Source: Chloroflexota bacterium (GTDB lineage: Bacteria; Chloroflexota; Dehalococcoidia; Lucifugimonadales; JADFKI01). From it: 64,000 nucleotides of DNA. The DNA lies in assembly GCA_027623195.1 (NCBI GenBank), contig JAQBUT010000022.1, positions 1-64,000 of the forward strand, written 5' to 3'. A program made the position numbers and the translations under genes. Below the pieces are notes generated by a model. It was not told the origin of the DNA. It saw nothing but the letters and a program-made list of their open reading frames with translations, and searched no databases. This document shows, one piece after another, positions 10,921 to 20,700 of this stretch. Every line of letters begins with the position of its first letter. The first letter of the stretch is position 1.

Positions 10921-10960
10921 AACCCAGAGGTTTGACGACGGGTTTGCACTGTAATAGGAT

Positions 10961-11000
10961 AAAAAGAAGAGGCGGTGACATTATTGTCACCGCCTCTTTT
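10961..11000. terminator. Bidirectional intrinsic terminator
   Basis: 14-bp stem AAGAGGCGGTGACA/TGTCACCGCCTCTT with A and T tracts, between convergent genes. Confidence 0.9.
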
Positions 11001-11027
11001 GATTAGATTACCTGATGTGCCCTGGGG

Positions 11028-13133
11028 TTAGTCGTCGCCAGTCCCTGGTTGTGCCTGCATCATCGGCGAAAGCAGGAAGCTAAACAGCTTACCCTGCGTG
11101 CCAATCCATGTTTGATCGTGCAGGCTGGCCTCCTCGCCTTCAATCAGAGGCCGGTTGTTAATGCGGACACTGGGGTCGGTGTGACTGCTGCGTATGTCCA
11201 CTTTTCCTCTGCTGAAGTTGAAGGAAACTCCCTTTAACTCTCCTACCCCAATCTCAGTTCCGTCCACGGTGTCTCTGGACATAAAGGCTGCTGCTGCCTT
11301 TCGAGGCACAGACTTAAAGTCTACTAGCAACTCGCCCCTGTCGTTGTAGAGGTATCCGTACGGCTTTGTCCTGCTGATGATGTATATTCCGGCAGCTATT
11401 AGCGCTACCACAAGCACTACAGGAATCGCCAGTAGGCCCCTAGGCATGGTCGGTCCAGCAGGAGGCGTGGGTGGTGTCGCCAACCGCACTACCTGCGGGG
11501 CGGGTTCCGCTGGGATGGGGGGTATCAGCGATGACAGCACCATAGTGTCGTACGCGAACTGATAGTCGCGACCCGCGTATGACATATTCAGACCTAACAG
11601 TATGGAGTACTGGTTCTGTTCCGCCGCCGTGTAGTAGATGTCGTATTCCCAGGCGCGGCCCTGGTTGACAAGCTTCTGAGGTATGACCTCAAGCCTGCCC
11701 GAATCTTCGGCCTCTGTTGTCAGACTGGCCTGAAGCTCGTCCACAGGAACGGCAAACGGCTGACCGTTTACGTTGACCTGCGCCGTGGCAATCCGCGTAC
11801 GTTCTCCGATATTCAGGCGGCCGATATGAAGCACATCGACAGCTAGGCTAGGGAACGGCTGTGCGCTGAGCATCTTCTGGGACGTGATGAAGTGATTGTA
11901 CTGGGGCCAGAACAGCTCCAGGTTTACCCTGTAGTCACCCTCAGTGCCTAGGGGCTGCATGGTGGTGGAGTAGTAACCGTCTCCTGCGATGGAGTCGCCC
12001 AACTCTCCGTCATCATTCAAGGAATGAATCAGCGTGGAGCCATTCGGACCTGTAATCCTGGCCCTTACCTCCACGTCCGTCATGGTAATCCGGTCTTTTT
12101 CGCCGTCGGTGATATAGGCGACCAGCGGCACCGTCTGATCAAAAGGGACCGTGTTGGGAGTCAGGAACTCCAGGTTGAGCTTGTTGGCCGAGTAGTGCCA
12201 GGCTGAGATCTGGCCTTCGACTCCGTGCATGTCTACAGTCCACTGACCAGGCACCGGGTCGACTAGCTTCCACATGACGATGAATGGTGTCTCAACGACC
12301 GTGGACAATGCTCGGTCTCCCTGGGAGGCCTCGAATCCGGACGGGTTCTTCAATCGCAAAGAGCCGCTTGGCCCTGCTTTGAAGAAGATCATCGTCGTCT
12401 CCGTGCTGGCGGGCGCTATATTCAGCGAAGAGGAAAGAATCTCGTTAGGAGCCAGGGAACCCTGGCCTAGCTGCGCCAGTTGGCCCTTGGCATCCAAACG
12501 AAGGATGCTGTCTGAAAACGCCTTGAAGCCTTCAGGTACTGACAAAGGAAATACCTGGTCGCCTGATTCAGCTTCTACAAGACTGAAAAACTCTGCTGCA
12601 TATTGAGATGAACCCGGCAGGCTAACGCCTACTACAGCCCATCCGTTGGATTCGAACTCCTGCAGAATTGAGGTGAGGCGTTCGGAAGCCTCGCCCAACA
12701 ACGCATCCGAATCGCCGCCTGTGAGTACGTAAACTGTTGATCCAGGTGCGGCCCTTAGTACGTCCAGGACCCCAAGGTTGGATGCCAGTGCGTTAACCAG
12801 GTCGGCTTCGGGCGCTAAACTGGAGTTGGCCAAAGTGGTTAGCGTATTGCGATGGATAACCTTGTACTCTGCGCTTCCGGCGATAACTGGACCACGCATG
12901 GCCCCGTCGTCTGCCGTAGCCAGAGTAATCTGCTTTCCGTCCTTTAACATGGAAAGCAACCCAAGGAATGATTCCGTCAGGTCGCCGTTGTTCTGCGACT
13001 CTGATACGGCGTGTCGATCAATTAGAACTACGAATTGCTGTTCCCCTGGCCCATCGCCGTAGGCTACTTGACCTGAGACTCCCAATAGAGTGAAAATTGC
13101 CAGTACGAGAATCGCGGATTTAAATTTGAGCAT
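11028..13133 (-). CDS. Membrane-anchored protein: degenerate VWA-like domain, choice-of-anchor X motif, TM helix, FHA-like tail
   Basis: Signal peptide; VVLID and VYVLTGG strands; LNDDGELGDSIAGDGYYS; Pro-rich linker; TM LLAIPVVLVVALIAAGIYII; GGAGG RBS. Confidence 0.7.
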   Translation of the reverse strand: MLKFKSAILVLAIFTLLGVSGQVAYGDGPGEQQFVVLIDRHAVSESQNNGDLTESFLGLLSMLKDGKQITLATADDGAMRGPVIAGSAEYKVIHRNTLTTLANSSLAPEADLVNALASNLGVLDVLRAAPGSTVYVLTGGDSDALLGEASERLTSILQEFESNGWAVVGVSLPGSSQYAAEFFSLVEAESGDQVFPLSVPEGFKAFSDSILRLDAKGQLAQLGQGSLAPNEILSSSLNIAPASTETTMIFFKAGPSGSLRLKNPSGFEASQGDRALSTVVETPFIVMWKLVDPVPGQWTVDMHGVEGQISAWHYSANKLNLEFLTPNTVPFDQTVPLVAYITDGEKDRITMTDVEVRARITGPNGSTLIHSLNDDGELGDSIAGDGYYSTTMQPLGTEGDYRVNLELFWPQYNHFITSQKMLSAQPFPSLAVDVLHIGRLNIGERTRIATAQVNVNGQPFAVPVDELQASLTTEAEDSGRLEVIPQKLVNQGRAWEYDIYYTAAEQNQYSILLGLNMSYAGRDYQFAYDTMVLSSLIPPIPAEPAPQVVRLATPPTPPAGPTMPRGLLAIPVVLVVALIAAGIYIISRTKPYGYLYNDRGELLVDFKSVPRKAAAAFMSRDTVDGTEIGVGELKGVSFNFSRGKVDIRSSHTDPSVRINNRPLIEGEEASLHDQTWIGTQGKLFSFLLSPMMQAQPGTGDD

Positions 13134-13230
13134 CTTCCACCTCCCCTACTTCATAAATTACGCAATGAGCTTGAATACAGTCAATTTGAATTTGGTGCTG
13201 GTTTTAGAATTTTATAAGAAAAGTCTAAAA

Positions 13231-13590
13231 ATGGGTTCACCATTCATTGGCCGTTCTTTTGCTGCGCGAGCCTCTGTTATGGCAGTGGCCCTCATGGTTG
13301 GGATTCTTGGTTTTGCCTGTGGCGCGGCTCTATCCGGGAAGTCAGAAAATTCAGATTCGCCTACGGTTCAGGGGACTATCCTGCGAGTCGAATCGCTATC
13401 CATAACGGAGTTGGATGTACTGGAGATTCGTGACGCGGATGGCCAAACTTGGTCGTTCGAGGCGCGGGGAAAGAGGTTCGCCCTATTCACCCCATCGCAC
13501 CTTAACGAGCATCAAGTGCTGGGACTACAGGTGAAGGTGCGCTACCATCGCGAGGGTGAATCGCTGATAATCGACGACATTACCGACTGA
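13231..13590 (+). CDS. Hypothetical lipoprotein
   Basis: Hydrophobic leader ending GFAC; small beta-rich domain with PSHLNEH; start uncertain. Confidence 0.65.
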   Translation: MGSPFIGRSFAARASVMAVALMVGILGFACGAALSGKSENSDSPTVQGTILRVESLSITELDVLEIRDADGQTWSFEARGKRFALFTPSHLNEHQVLGLQVKVRYHREGESLIIDDITD

Positions 13591-14200
13591 GTGTGGCTGC
13601 CCGTTTTCGGCGCGAACTCCACCCAAGGTAAATGACCCCGCCGGATATGCCGAACACAATCAGGGACAGCACTACCAGGCCCTCGGGGCCGGGGTTCAGC
13701 GACGTTGGGCTAATGTGTATAGGCACAGTGGCCTCGCCGTAGCCCTTCTGCTCGGTGTCTACCTTGACGAGCAGGCTCCATTGCCCCGGCGTGAAGAAGC
13801 TGATGTTGGCTTCGTAGAACTGTGGCTCCGCAGGGTTCTGCAGTGCTGGGGACTGGTACGTGGGTTCCCCCTCGGTGTCGTTTGCGATTATCATCACCAC
13901 GGCCTTATCTACAGGCCTGCCGGTTTCAGGGTCCAGAACCGAAACTGATAGGTGCATTAAACCAACCTTGGGCTTATGGGGCAGCACTCCCACGATGATC
14001 TCGTAAGGCCCACCTGGTCCTCGGAAGATCTGTAGCGACTCACCGTTAGCCTCTGCGTTGGGGGCCGACAGGGTTGCCACCCACAACGCCGTGGCCAAGA
14101 AAACGACCATCAGAATTATAAGCGGAAGTACGTGTTCAATTCGTCGCATTCGTTTTATCATCACAGGTACATTGTCCTCTTGCCGTCGCCGTTGAGTCAA
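13580..14200 (-). CDS. Hypothetical membrane protein with YtkA/FixH-like Ig domain
   Basis: N- and C-terminal TM helices; GRPVDKAVV, YEANISFFTPGQWSLLVKV pattern; start uncertain. Confidence 0.6.
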   Translation of the reverse strand: MTQRRRQEDNVPVMIKRMRRIEHVLPLIILMVVFLATALWVATLSAPNAEANGESLQIFRGPGGPYEIIVGVLPHKPKVGLMHLSVSVLDPETGRPVDKAVVMIIANDTEGEPTYQSPALQNPAEPQFYEANISFFTPGQWSLLVKVDTEQKGYGEATVPIHISPTSLNPGPEGLVVLSLIVFGISGGVIYLGWSSRRKRAATLSR

Positions 14201-14280
14201 CCAATTGACTGCCTGTAATGGCAGTGCTAACGTGAGCGCATCTTCATCTATTCAGAGTCTTGGAACGCAGGAGAAACCAA

Positions 14281-15111
14281 ATGGCAGCCACAGTGGAGAG
14301 CCACAATATTCAGCTAGACCACCCAATATACGAAATGAGGCTTCCCCAGGATGTGCGCGCCATGATCAGAAGCGGGCAGTGGAACTCCTACACCAAGGCG
14401 ATGTCCCTGGGATACACCCAGGCTAACCTGGCCGTGCTTCCCAAAGCAGATGCTTACGACTTCCTGCTGTTCTGCCAACGTAATCCCAAGCCCTGTCCTG
14501 TTATTGAAGTAACGGAGATAGGGTCTGCGGAGCCGCTCTACTCGGCGCCGGGTGCGGACTTACGCACGGATCTACCCAGGTATCGCGTTTTCCGTAACGG
14601 GGAACTGGTGGACGAGCCTACGGACATTCGAGAGTACTGGCGGGACGACCTTGTTGCCTTTCTACTGGGTTGCAGTATGACCTTCGAAGGTGCGCTGTTG
14701 GAGGCTGGGGTGCCCATTCGGGCTATCGAGCAGGGCGTGGGAACATGCGATTTCGTGACATCTATAGAGTGTCGACCTGCAGGCAAGTTCCACGGGCCCA
14801 TGGTCGTAAGTATGCGGCCCATGACGCCGGAGCAGGCTGTTCGGGCCACGCAAGTTACGACGCGCTTCTCTGCCACTCACGGTGCGCCGGTGCACATCGG
14901 AGACCCTGAGGCCATCGGGATACAGGACATCCATAACCCGACGTTTGGCGCTGGAGTGGATATCTATGAAGGCGAGGTGCCGGTCTTCTGGGCCTGCGGA
15001 ATCACGCCGCAAACCGTGGCGTTGGCGTCCAACGTTGAGTTCATGATCACGCACAAACCCGGGCACATGTTTATAACAGACCTGCGGGACGCAGAGGTTG
15101 CGGTGCTGTAG
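14281..15111 (+). CDS. Putative hydro-lyase, DUF1445 / D-glutamate cyclase family
   Basis: QANL, FCQRNPKPCP, DLRTDLPRYRV, FLLGCS, HGAPVHIGDP, PVFWACGITPQ, THKPGHMF. Confidence 0.92.
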   Translation: MAATVESHNIQLDHPIYEMRLPQDVRAMIRSGQWNSYTKAMSLGYTQANLAVLPKADAYDFLLFCQRNPKPCPVIEVTEIGSAEPLYSAPGADLRTDLPRYRVFRNGELVDEPTDIREYWRDDLVAFLLGCSMTFEGALLEAGVPIRAIEQGVGTCDFVTSIECRPAGKFHGPMVVSMRPMTPEQAVRATQVTTRFSATHGAPVHIGDPEAIGIQDIHNPTFGAGVDIYEGEVPVFWACGITPQTVALASNVEFMITHKPGHMFITDLRDAEVAVL

Positions 15112-15124
15112 GGAGACTGGACTA

Positions 15125-15199
<75 letters not shown>

Positions 15200-15268
15200 T
15201 CAAAGTGAATTCTAGCGTAGCTAACGTCGTACATGCTGTCAAGGATAGTGGCGTACCCAGTAAGCGCG

Positions 15269-15297
15269 TTGACACAACATTCCCTGTACGCTAAATT
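15269..15297 (+). promoter_or_regulatory. Sigma70-type promoter of the aminotransferase gene
   Basis: TTGACA-N17-TAAATT. Confidence 0.7.
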
Positions 15298-15358
15298 CCC
15301 GGTGCCCGCCGTCCGGTTCATAAGATGGATTGGGCAATATTTAAAGGGATGTTTACCC

Positions 15359-16540
15359 ATGGCTATATCAGCCAAGATTCAAAAAATCATGGAGCAGGGC
15401 TCCTGGATTCGCAAGATGTTCGAAGAGGGGATCACCCTCAAGCAGAAGTTCGGCGACGAGAACGTTTTCGATCTTTCGTTGGGCAACCCTATTATGGAGC
15501 CTCCGCCTGAATTTTTCGTTGAGCTACGGCGCATCGCGGACAGCCCTGAGCCGGGGCTTCATCGGTACATGCCCAACGCCGGCTACAACGAGACCCGCGC
15601 CGCTGTGGCCCTTCAGCTTTCCGAGGAAACCGGGCTGGCATTCGCTGCAAGCAACGTCGTCATGACTTGTGGTGCCGGCGGTGCGCTAAATGTGGTATTC
15701 AAGACCCTACTGGACCCTGGCGATGAGGTTATTATCTTCGCGCCATTCTTTGTGGAATACCGCTTCTACGCCGACAACCACGGCGGGTCATGTCGAGTCG
15801 TTCCACCGGACGAGAATTTCTTGCCGGACATGGAGGCCTTCCGCGCCGCCTTCAATGAGCACACTAAGGCCGTGCTCATCAACTCGCCCAACAACCCGTC
15901 GGGCGTGCTTTACTCTGCTGAGCTTTTAGAGGAAATGGCCCAGGTCATCCAAAGTAAAGAGGAAGAGCTAGGTCGAGAGATATTCCTTCTCAGTGATGAA
16001 CCCTACAGGAAGATTATCTTCGACGGCCTGGAGTATCCGCACATTTTTTCGCATCACATACGCAGCATAGTGGCCACATCCCATTCCAAGGACCTGGCAC
16101 TGCCAGGGGAGCGCATAGGCTACATCGCAGTTCATCCAGACTACGATGGAGTCCAGGAGCTCATGGATGGGCTGGTGTTTTGCAACAGGACGTTGGGTTT
16201 CGTGAATGCCCCGGCTCTGATGCAGCACATCGTCGCCAAGCTGCAGTCGGTCACTGTGGACGTGGACCAGTATCGGGCCAAGAGAGACTTCCTCTACGAC
16301 AATCTGGTGGCTATGGGGTATTCACTGGTGAAGCCTCAGGGGGCCTTCTACATGTTCCCCAAATCGCCCGTGGATGACGACGTGGAGTTCGTAGCGGAGT
16401 TGCAGAAGCACAATGTATTGGTAGTGCCTGGAAGTGGCTTCGGCCTCCCGGGCCACTTCCGAATATCATACTGTGTCGACGACCGAACGTTGCAGGGTGC
16501 GTTACCTGGTTTCGAGGCGGCCATAAAGAGCTATCGCTAG
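15359..16540 (+). CDS. PLP-dependent class I aminotransferase (aspartate aminotransferase-like)
   Basis: SWIRKMFEEG, NSPNNPSG, SDEPY, SHSKDLALPGERIGY; start reset downstream of the promoter. Confidence 0.92.
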   Translation: MAISAKIQKIMEQGSWIRKMFEEGITLKQKFGDENVFDLSLGNPIMEPPPEFFVELRRIADSPEPGLHRYMPNAGYNETRAAVALQLSEETGLAFAASNVVMTCGAGGALNVVFKTLLDPGDEVIIFAPFFVEYRFYADNHGGSCRVVPPDENFLPDMEAFRAAFNEHTKAVLINSPNNPSGVLYSAELLEEMAQVIQSKEEELGREIFLLSDEPYRKIIFDGLEYPHIFSHHIRSIVATSHSKDLALPGERIGYIAVHPDYDGVQELMDGLVFCNRTLGFVNAPALMQHIVAKLQSVTVDVDQYRAKRDFLYDNLVAMGYSLVKPQGAFYMFPKSPVDDDVEFVAELQKHNVLVVPGSGFGLPGHFRISYCVDDRTLQGALPGFEAAIKSYR

Positions 16541-17691
16541 TATTCGGCAGTGTCCTTCAAGCCGAAACCGGTAATGGGAACCAGCGTCACTTCGTCCCTT
16601 TTGATGTGGCCCTGCTTTATTAATGATTCCACGCCAGCAAACGCTGCGGCGGAGGTTGGTTCTGCATAAATGCCCTCTTGAGCAGAGAGCAGACCGTGCC
16701 ACCGCAATATCTCTGACTCGCTTACGGCTACCGCCTGACCTCCGGTCGCATGGATGATGCTGACTACCTGCTGAAGCCTGGGAGGGTTGCCCACTGAAAT
16801 GCCGCCCGCCACTGTTTGCTGCACGTTCTTGATAGACCACTCTAGGCCCTCAAAAGCGTCCACTATAGGGCGGACGGCCTGGGCCTGGACGCAATGCAAG
16901 GTAGGAATGTCTTTAATGTGTCCGCCGGCTTTGAGCTCCTGAAAGCCTTTCCAAGCTCCTATGAAAAGAGAACCGTTCCCAACCGGCATCACAATGTGGT
17001 CGGGTAGGCCATCCCCAAACTGTTTCAGGACCTCGTAGGCGAAGGCCTTGGTGCCTTCCACGAAGTATGGACTCAGATTATGGGAGGCGTAAAGTAGGTT
17101 GTTCTTTTGGTAGAAATCTACTGCAGCCTCTGTGGCGGCCTCTCTGGGGCCTGCTATCAGATGCGCCTCGCCGCCGTAGACCTTTATCTGTCGAATCTTG
17201 CTGGAAGGGGCGTCAGCCGGCGCGAAAATATGTGCCTTGATTCCAGCCCTGGCGCTATACGCAGCGATGGACGCGCCTGCATTTCCCGACGAGTCCTCAA
17301 CAATCTCCTTAACGCCATGTTCCAGCGCAACCGAGATAAGAGTAGCCGTGCCCCTGTCCTTGAATGAGCCTGTGGGGTTCAGAAATTCCAGCTTGCCGTA
17401 TATGCGCTCCGAACCCAAAAGCTGTCCGACCTTGGGAAGAAGAACCACGGGGGTGTCGCCTTCGCCAAGCGTAACTCCGGCAGATTCGTCGTGCATCGGA
17501 ATTGGCATCTGTCGCGCGGACAGGTCTCGTGGGGGCGACTGCGAAGTGATAACCTCATAGAAAACGTCCAAAGGCGACTGACAACGGTCACATTGTAAGA
17601 TCAACATGTTGGCTGGAAAGGAAGCTCCGCACTGGACGCAATGAAGGCTAATATGGGACAACTGACTCTCCGCAGTAAACAGCATTGGCAT
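16537..17691 (-). CDS. thrC: Threonine synthase family PLP enzyme
   Basis: N-terminal CxxC..CxxC, TLGEGDTP, NPTGSFKDRG, EDSSGNAG, PVGNG, EPTSA, TGFGLK. Confidence 0.85.
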   Translation of the reverse strand: MPMLFTAESQLSHISLHCVQCGASFPANMLILQCDRCQSPLDVFYEVITSQSPPRDLSARQMPIPMHDESAGVTLGEGDTPVVLLPKVGQLLGSERIYGKLEFLNPTGSFKDRGTATLISVALEHGVKEIVEDSSGNAGASIAAYSARAGIKAHIFAPADAPSSKIRQIKVYGGEAHLIAGPREAATEAAVDFYQKNNLLYASHNLSPYFVEGTKAFAYEVLKQFGDGLPDHIVMPVGNGSLFIGAWKGFQELKAGGHIKDIPTLHCVQAQAVRPIVDAFEGLEWSIKNVQQTVAGGISVGNPPRLQQVVSIIHATGGQAVAVSESEILRWHGLLSAQEGIYAEPTSAAAFAGVESLIKQGHIKRDEVTLVPITGFGLKDTAEY

Positions 17692-17763
17692 CGTCGCGAA
17701 CCGATACTAGCGACGTTGAACTGGTGGTGTCAACGTTGAAGAGGTGTTTGTGGACTGAGGCTG

Positions 17764-20700
17764 TTAAGAATCGTCGCGCGAGGCTGCGTTTAGCTGGGGG
17801 TAAAGCTCTTTGACACACTGAGGGCAAATGCTGTGGCTGAAGTCTGCATCCGAGTGGGCGCTGATGTAGGTCTCAATCTGGCTCCAGTAACCGTTGTCGT
17901 CGCGCACCTTTTTGCATGAGGCGCAAATCGGAAGCAGGCCGCTGAGGGTCTGGATCTTGTCAACAGCATCCTGGAGGTCTTCAATCAGGGCTTCTCTCTC
18001 ACTCTCGACCTTCTTGCGGGCAGTTATGTCACGGGCGATTCCCTGGAATCCAACAATCTTGCCTTCGTCGAACATTGGGGCAATCGTCTGCTCCAGCCAG
18101 CAAATGCCTCCGGATTTGGTGTTGATAGGAAATTCCATAACACACTTTTCGCCGAATTCACGAGTATCTATAATGCAGGTTTTCAAAACCCTATTTTTCC
18201 ATTCCGGCAGGACGATCTCTGTGAAATGGCGGCCCAAAAGTTCTTCTTCAGTGTATTCCGTGTACTTTGTTATCGGCTGATTTGCGTAGGAAAAGAACCC
18301 CTGATCGTCCAGGGTGCAAACAATGTCGCTGGCGGATTCCACCATGTGCCGGTAACGCCACTCGCTCTGGCTCAGGGCCAACCGCGAGGTTTTGACCTGA
18401 ACGTGGAGTTGGGCGCTGGAGATGGCCCCGGCTATCTGCGCCGCAATGTCTTCCGCCAGCGCCACATGGTCCGGTGAGAAGGCGGCTGAGGATTTGGAGC
18501 TGAAATGTAGCACGCCAACAATCGTGTCCTGCACTTTTAACGGGACGGAAAGGTAAGACTTTATTCCCATTTCGATACTCGGAACCAGTCCAGGAAAGGC
18601 AGACTTGAGACCGTCGATGCCATCTTCTTGGGGCTGAAGGAGTACTGAGCCGCGATTTGACATTATTTCTTCTGTTATGGACCCGTCCATATCGGTCGAA
18701 TCCCCGGTGCTTCGGTTGGGGATATTTTCTCCACGAACGAAGATATAGCTGAAAATACCGCTGGATTGGTCCACCATGTTAATGGAGACTCGGTCGAATG
18801 GAATTAGTCTATTTATTGCCTCTGAAAAGGCATCGTATACGGTTTCAATGTCCAGCGTGGAGCTTATTATTCGACCGATCTCTGCAAGAACCGCTCGCCG
18901 CTCTGATTCCTGCTGCACGGACGAGTGAAGTCGTGCATTTGCAATAGCGCTGGCCACCTGCGCAGATATGTTTTCGGCCATGCTGGCCGTTGCTTGGCTG
19001 TATGCGTTGGCAGTTCTTGAACGAATCTGTAGTGCGCCGATTACCCTATTCTGAACAATTAACGGCACAGCAATAAATGAATTGAAGCCAGCATGTACTG
19101 ATGGAATTAGTAGATCTAGGTGCCCTTCTAGCTCGGACGCGCTTTGAGGATGCAGTAAAACGGCCCTCTTTTCAATAATGGCCTGCCCGGCTAAAGTGCC
19201 ATCTATCGGAATGCGTTCTCCCAGGTTTCGGCCAGGTATTGCCCCACCCCATGTGTAGGCGATATAGATTGCCTTTTCATCGTCAGTTAACAGACTGATG
19301 GTTATTCTGTCTGAAGATGCTAGCGGCTTCACAAGCTCCACAAATCGCTCGTAAACATCTTCGATATCCAGGGACTGGGTAATGGTCTTGCCGATATCCG
19401 CCAATGCCTCCCTTTCTGCGATCTCGTGTTCTAGGGTGGCCCTTAACTCAGAATTGGCCAAAACGCCGGATATCTGATCGGAAACCCGTTCCGCCAATTC
19501 GAGATGCTTTGCCGTGTAGGCAGACTCTACGGATGACCTAAATTGTAGGCATCCGAAAACCTGGTCATTGGCTACTAATGGGACCCCAATGGCTGAACGA
19601 AGGCCCATGCGGTATCCGGGGATCATGAGAGGGTATTCCTCTGCGAGCTCTTCCATTGATTTACCCTGAACAATCAACCCCTTGCGCCCAGACATTACTT
19701 CATTATTGAAGGAGCCCTCAATCTTGATCATGGAATTCTCGCGCGCAGAGGGAATTTCCACACCCGTCACGTAGGCCAGTTTAGTGGCTTCGCCTCCATG
19801 ATCCAAGAATCCTATAGACAGCTGGTCGTTAGGTATTATGTCTTTCACCAGGTCGGCGAAGCGCCTGTAAATGTTGTGAATGTCCGGTGAGGAGCTAACC
19901 ACGCGGCCGATCTCTGCGAGAATGGTCCGCTCTTTGGCTTCAGCTTGCACTGCCGCGTGTAATCTGGCATTAGCCATGAAGCCTACAACGTGAATGGCGA
20001 CGTTCTCAACGACACGAATAACCTTTTCTCCGTAAGCGTTGGGAGCCCGGCTTCTGAATTGCATAACGCCCACGACCTCGTCATTAAAGTTCAACGGCGT
20101 TACCAGTATGGATTGGTATCCGGCATTCTTTGAAGGCTTAAGGTATGGCAATCCCTCGGTTTTTCCCGGCAGGGATAACGAGTTTAAGACTACGGTGGAC
20201 TTAGTCCGCACAGCTTGCCCCCCTATGGATCCTTCAAGGGGAATCCTGGTGCCAACTTCTCTGCCCGGTACAACGTCCCCATTGAAGTACGCGATTTCTA
20301 GCGCCTCACCATCTGTGGTCAGCAAATTGACTGCAAATCGGTCGGATGGCGCTATGGTCCGTACAATCTCACTGAAACGTTCGTAGACTTCTTCCATGTC
20401 CAAGGACATGCTCATGGTTCTACCGATTTCCAACAGGGCAGTCTTCTCCGCTATCTCCTCTTCCAGCACGTGGTTGAGCTCCGAATTTGCCATTGCCCCT
20501 GCAATCTGGTCACCGAGCCTTTCAGCGAGCGACAGATGAGCGGATTCGTAGGCATTCTCCTGGGTTGTTCTCAACTGCAAACAGCCGATCACTTCGTCGT
20601 TAGAAAACAGGGGGACCCCAATAGCCGAATGAAATCCCTTTTTTAGACTGGCCAGCATACCGGGGAGTTCTGCCGAAATCTCCTCTTCTGTCTTGTTCTG

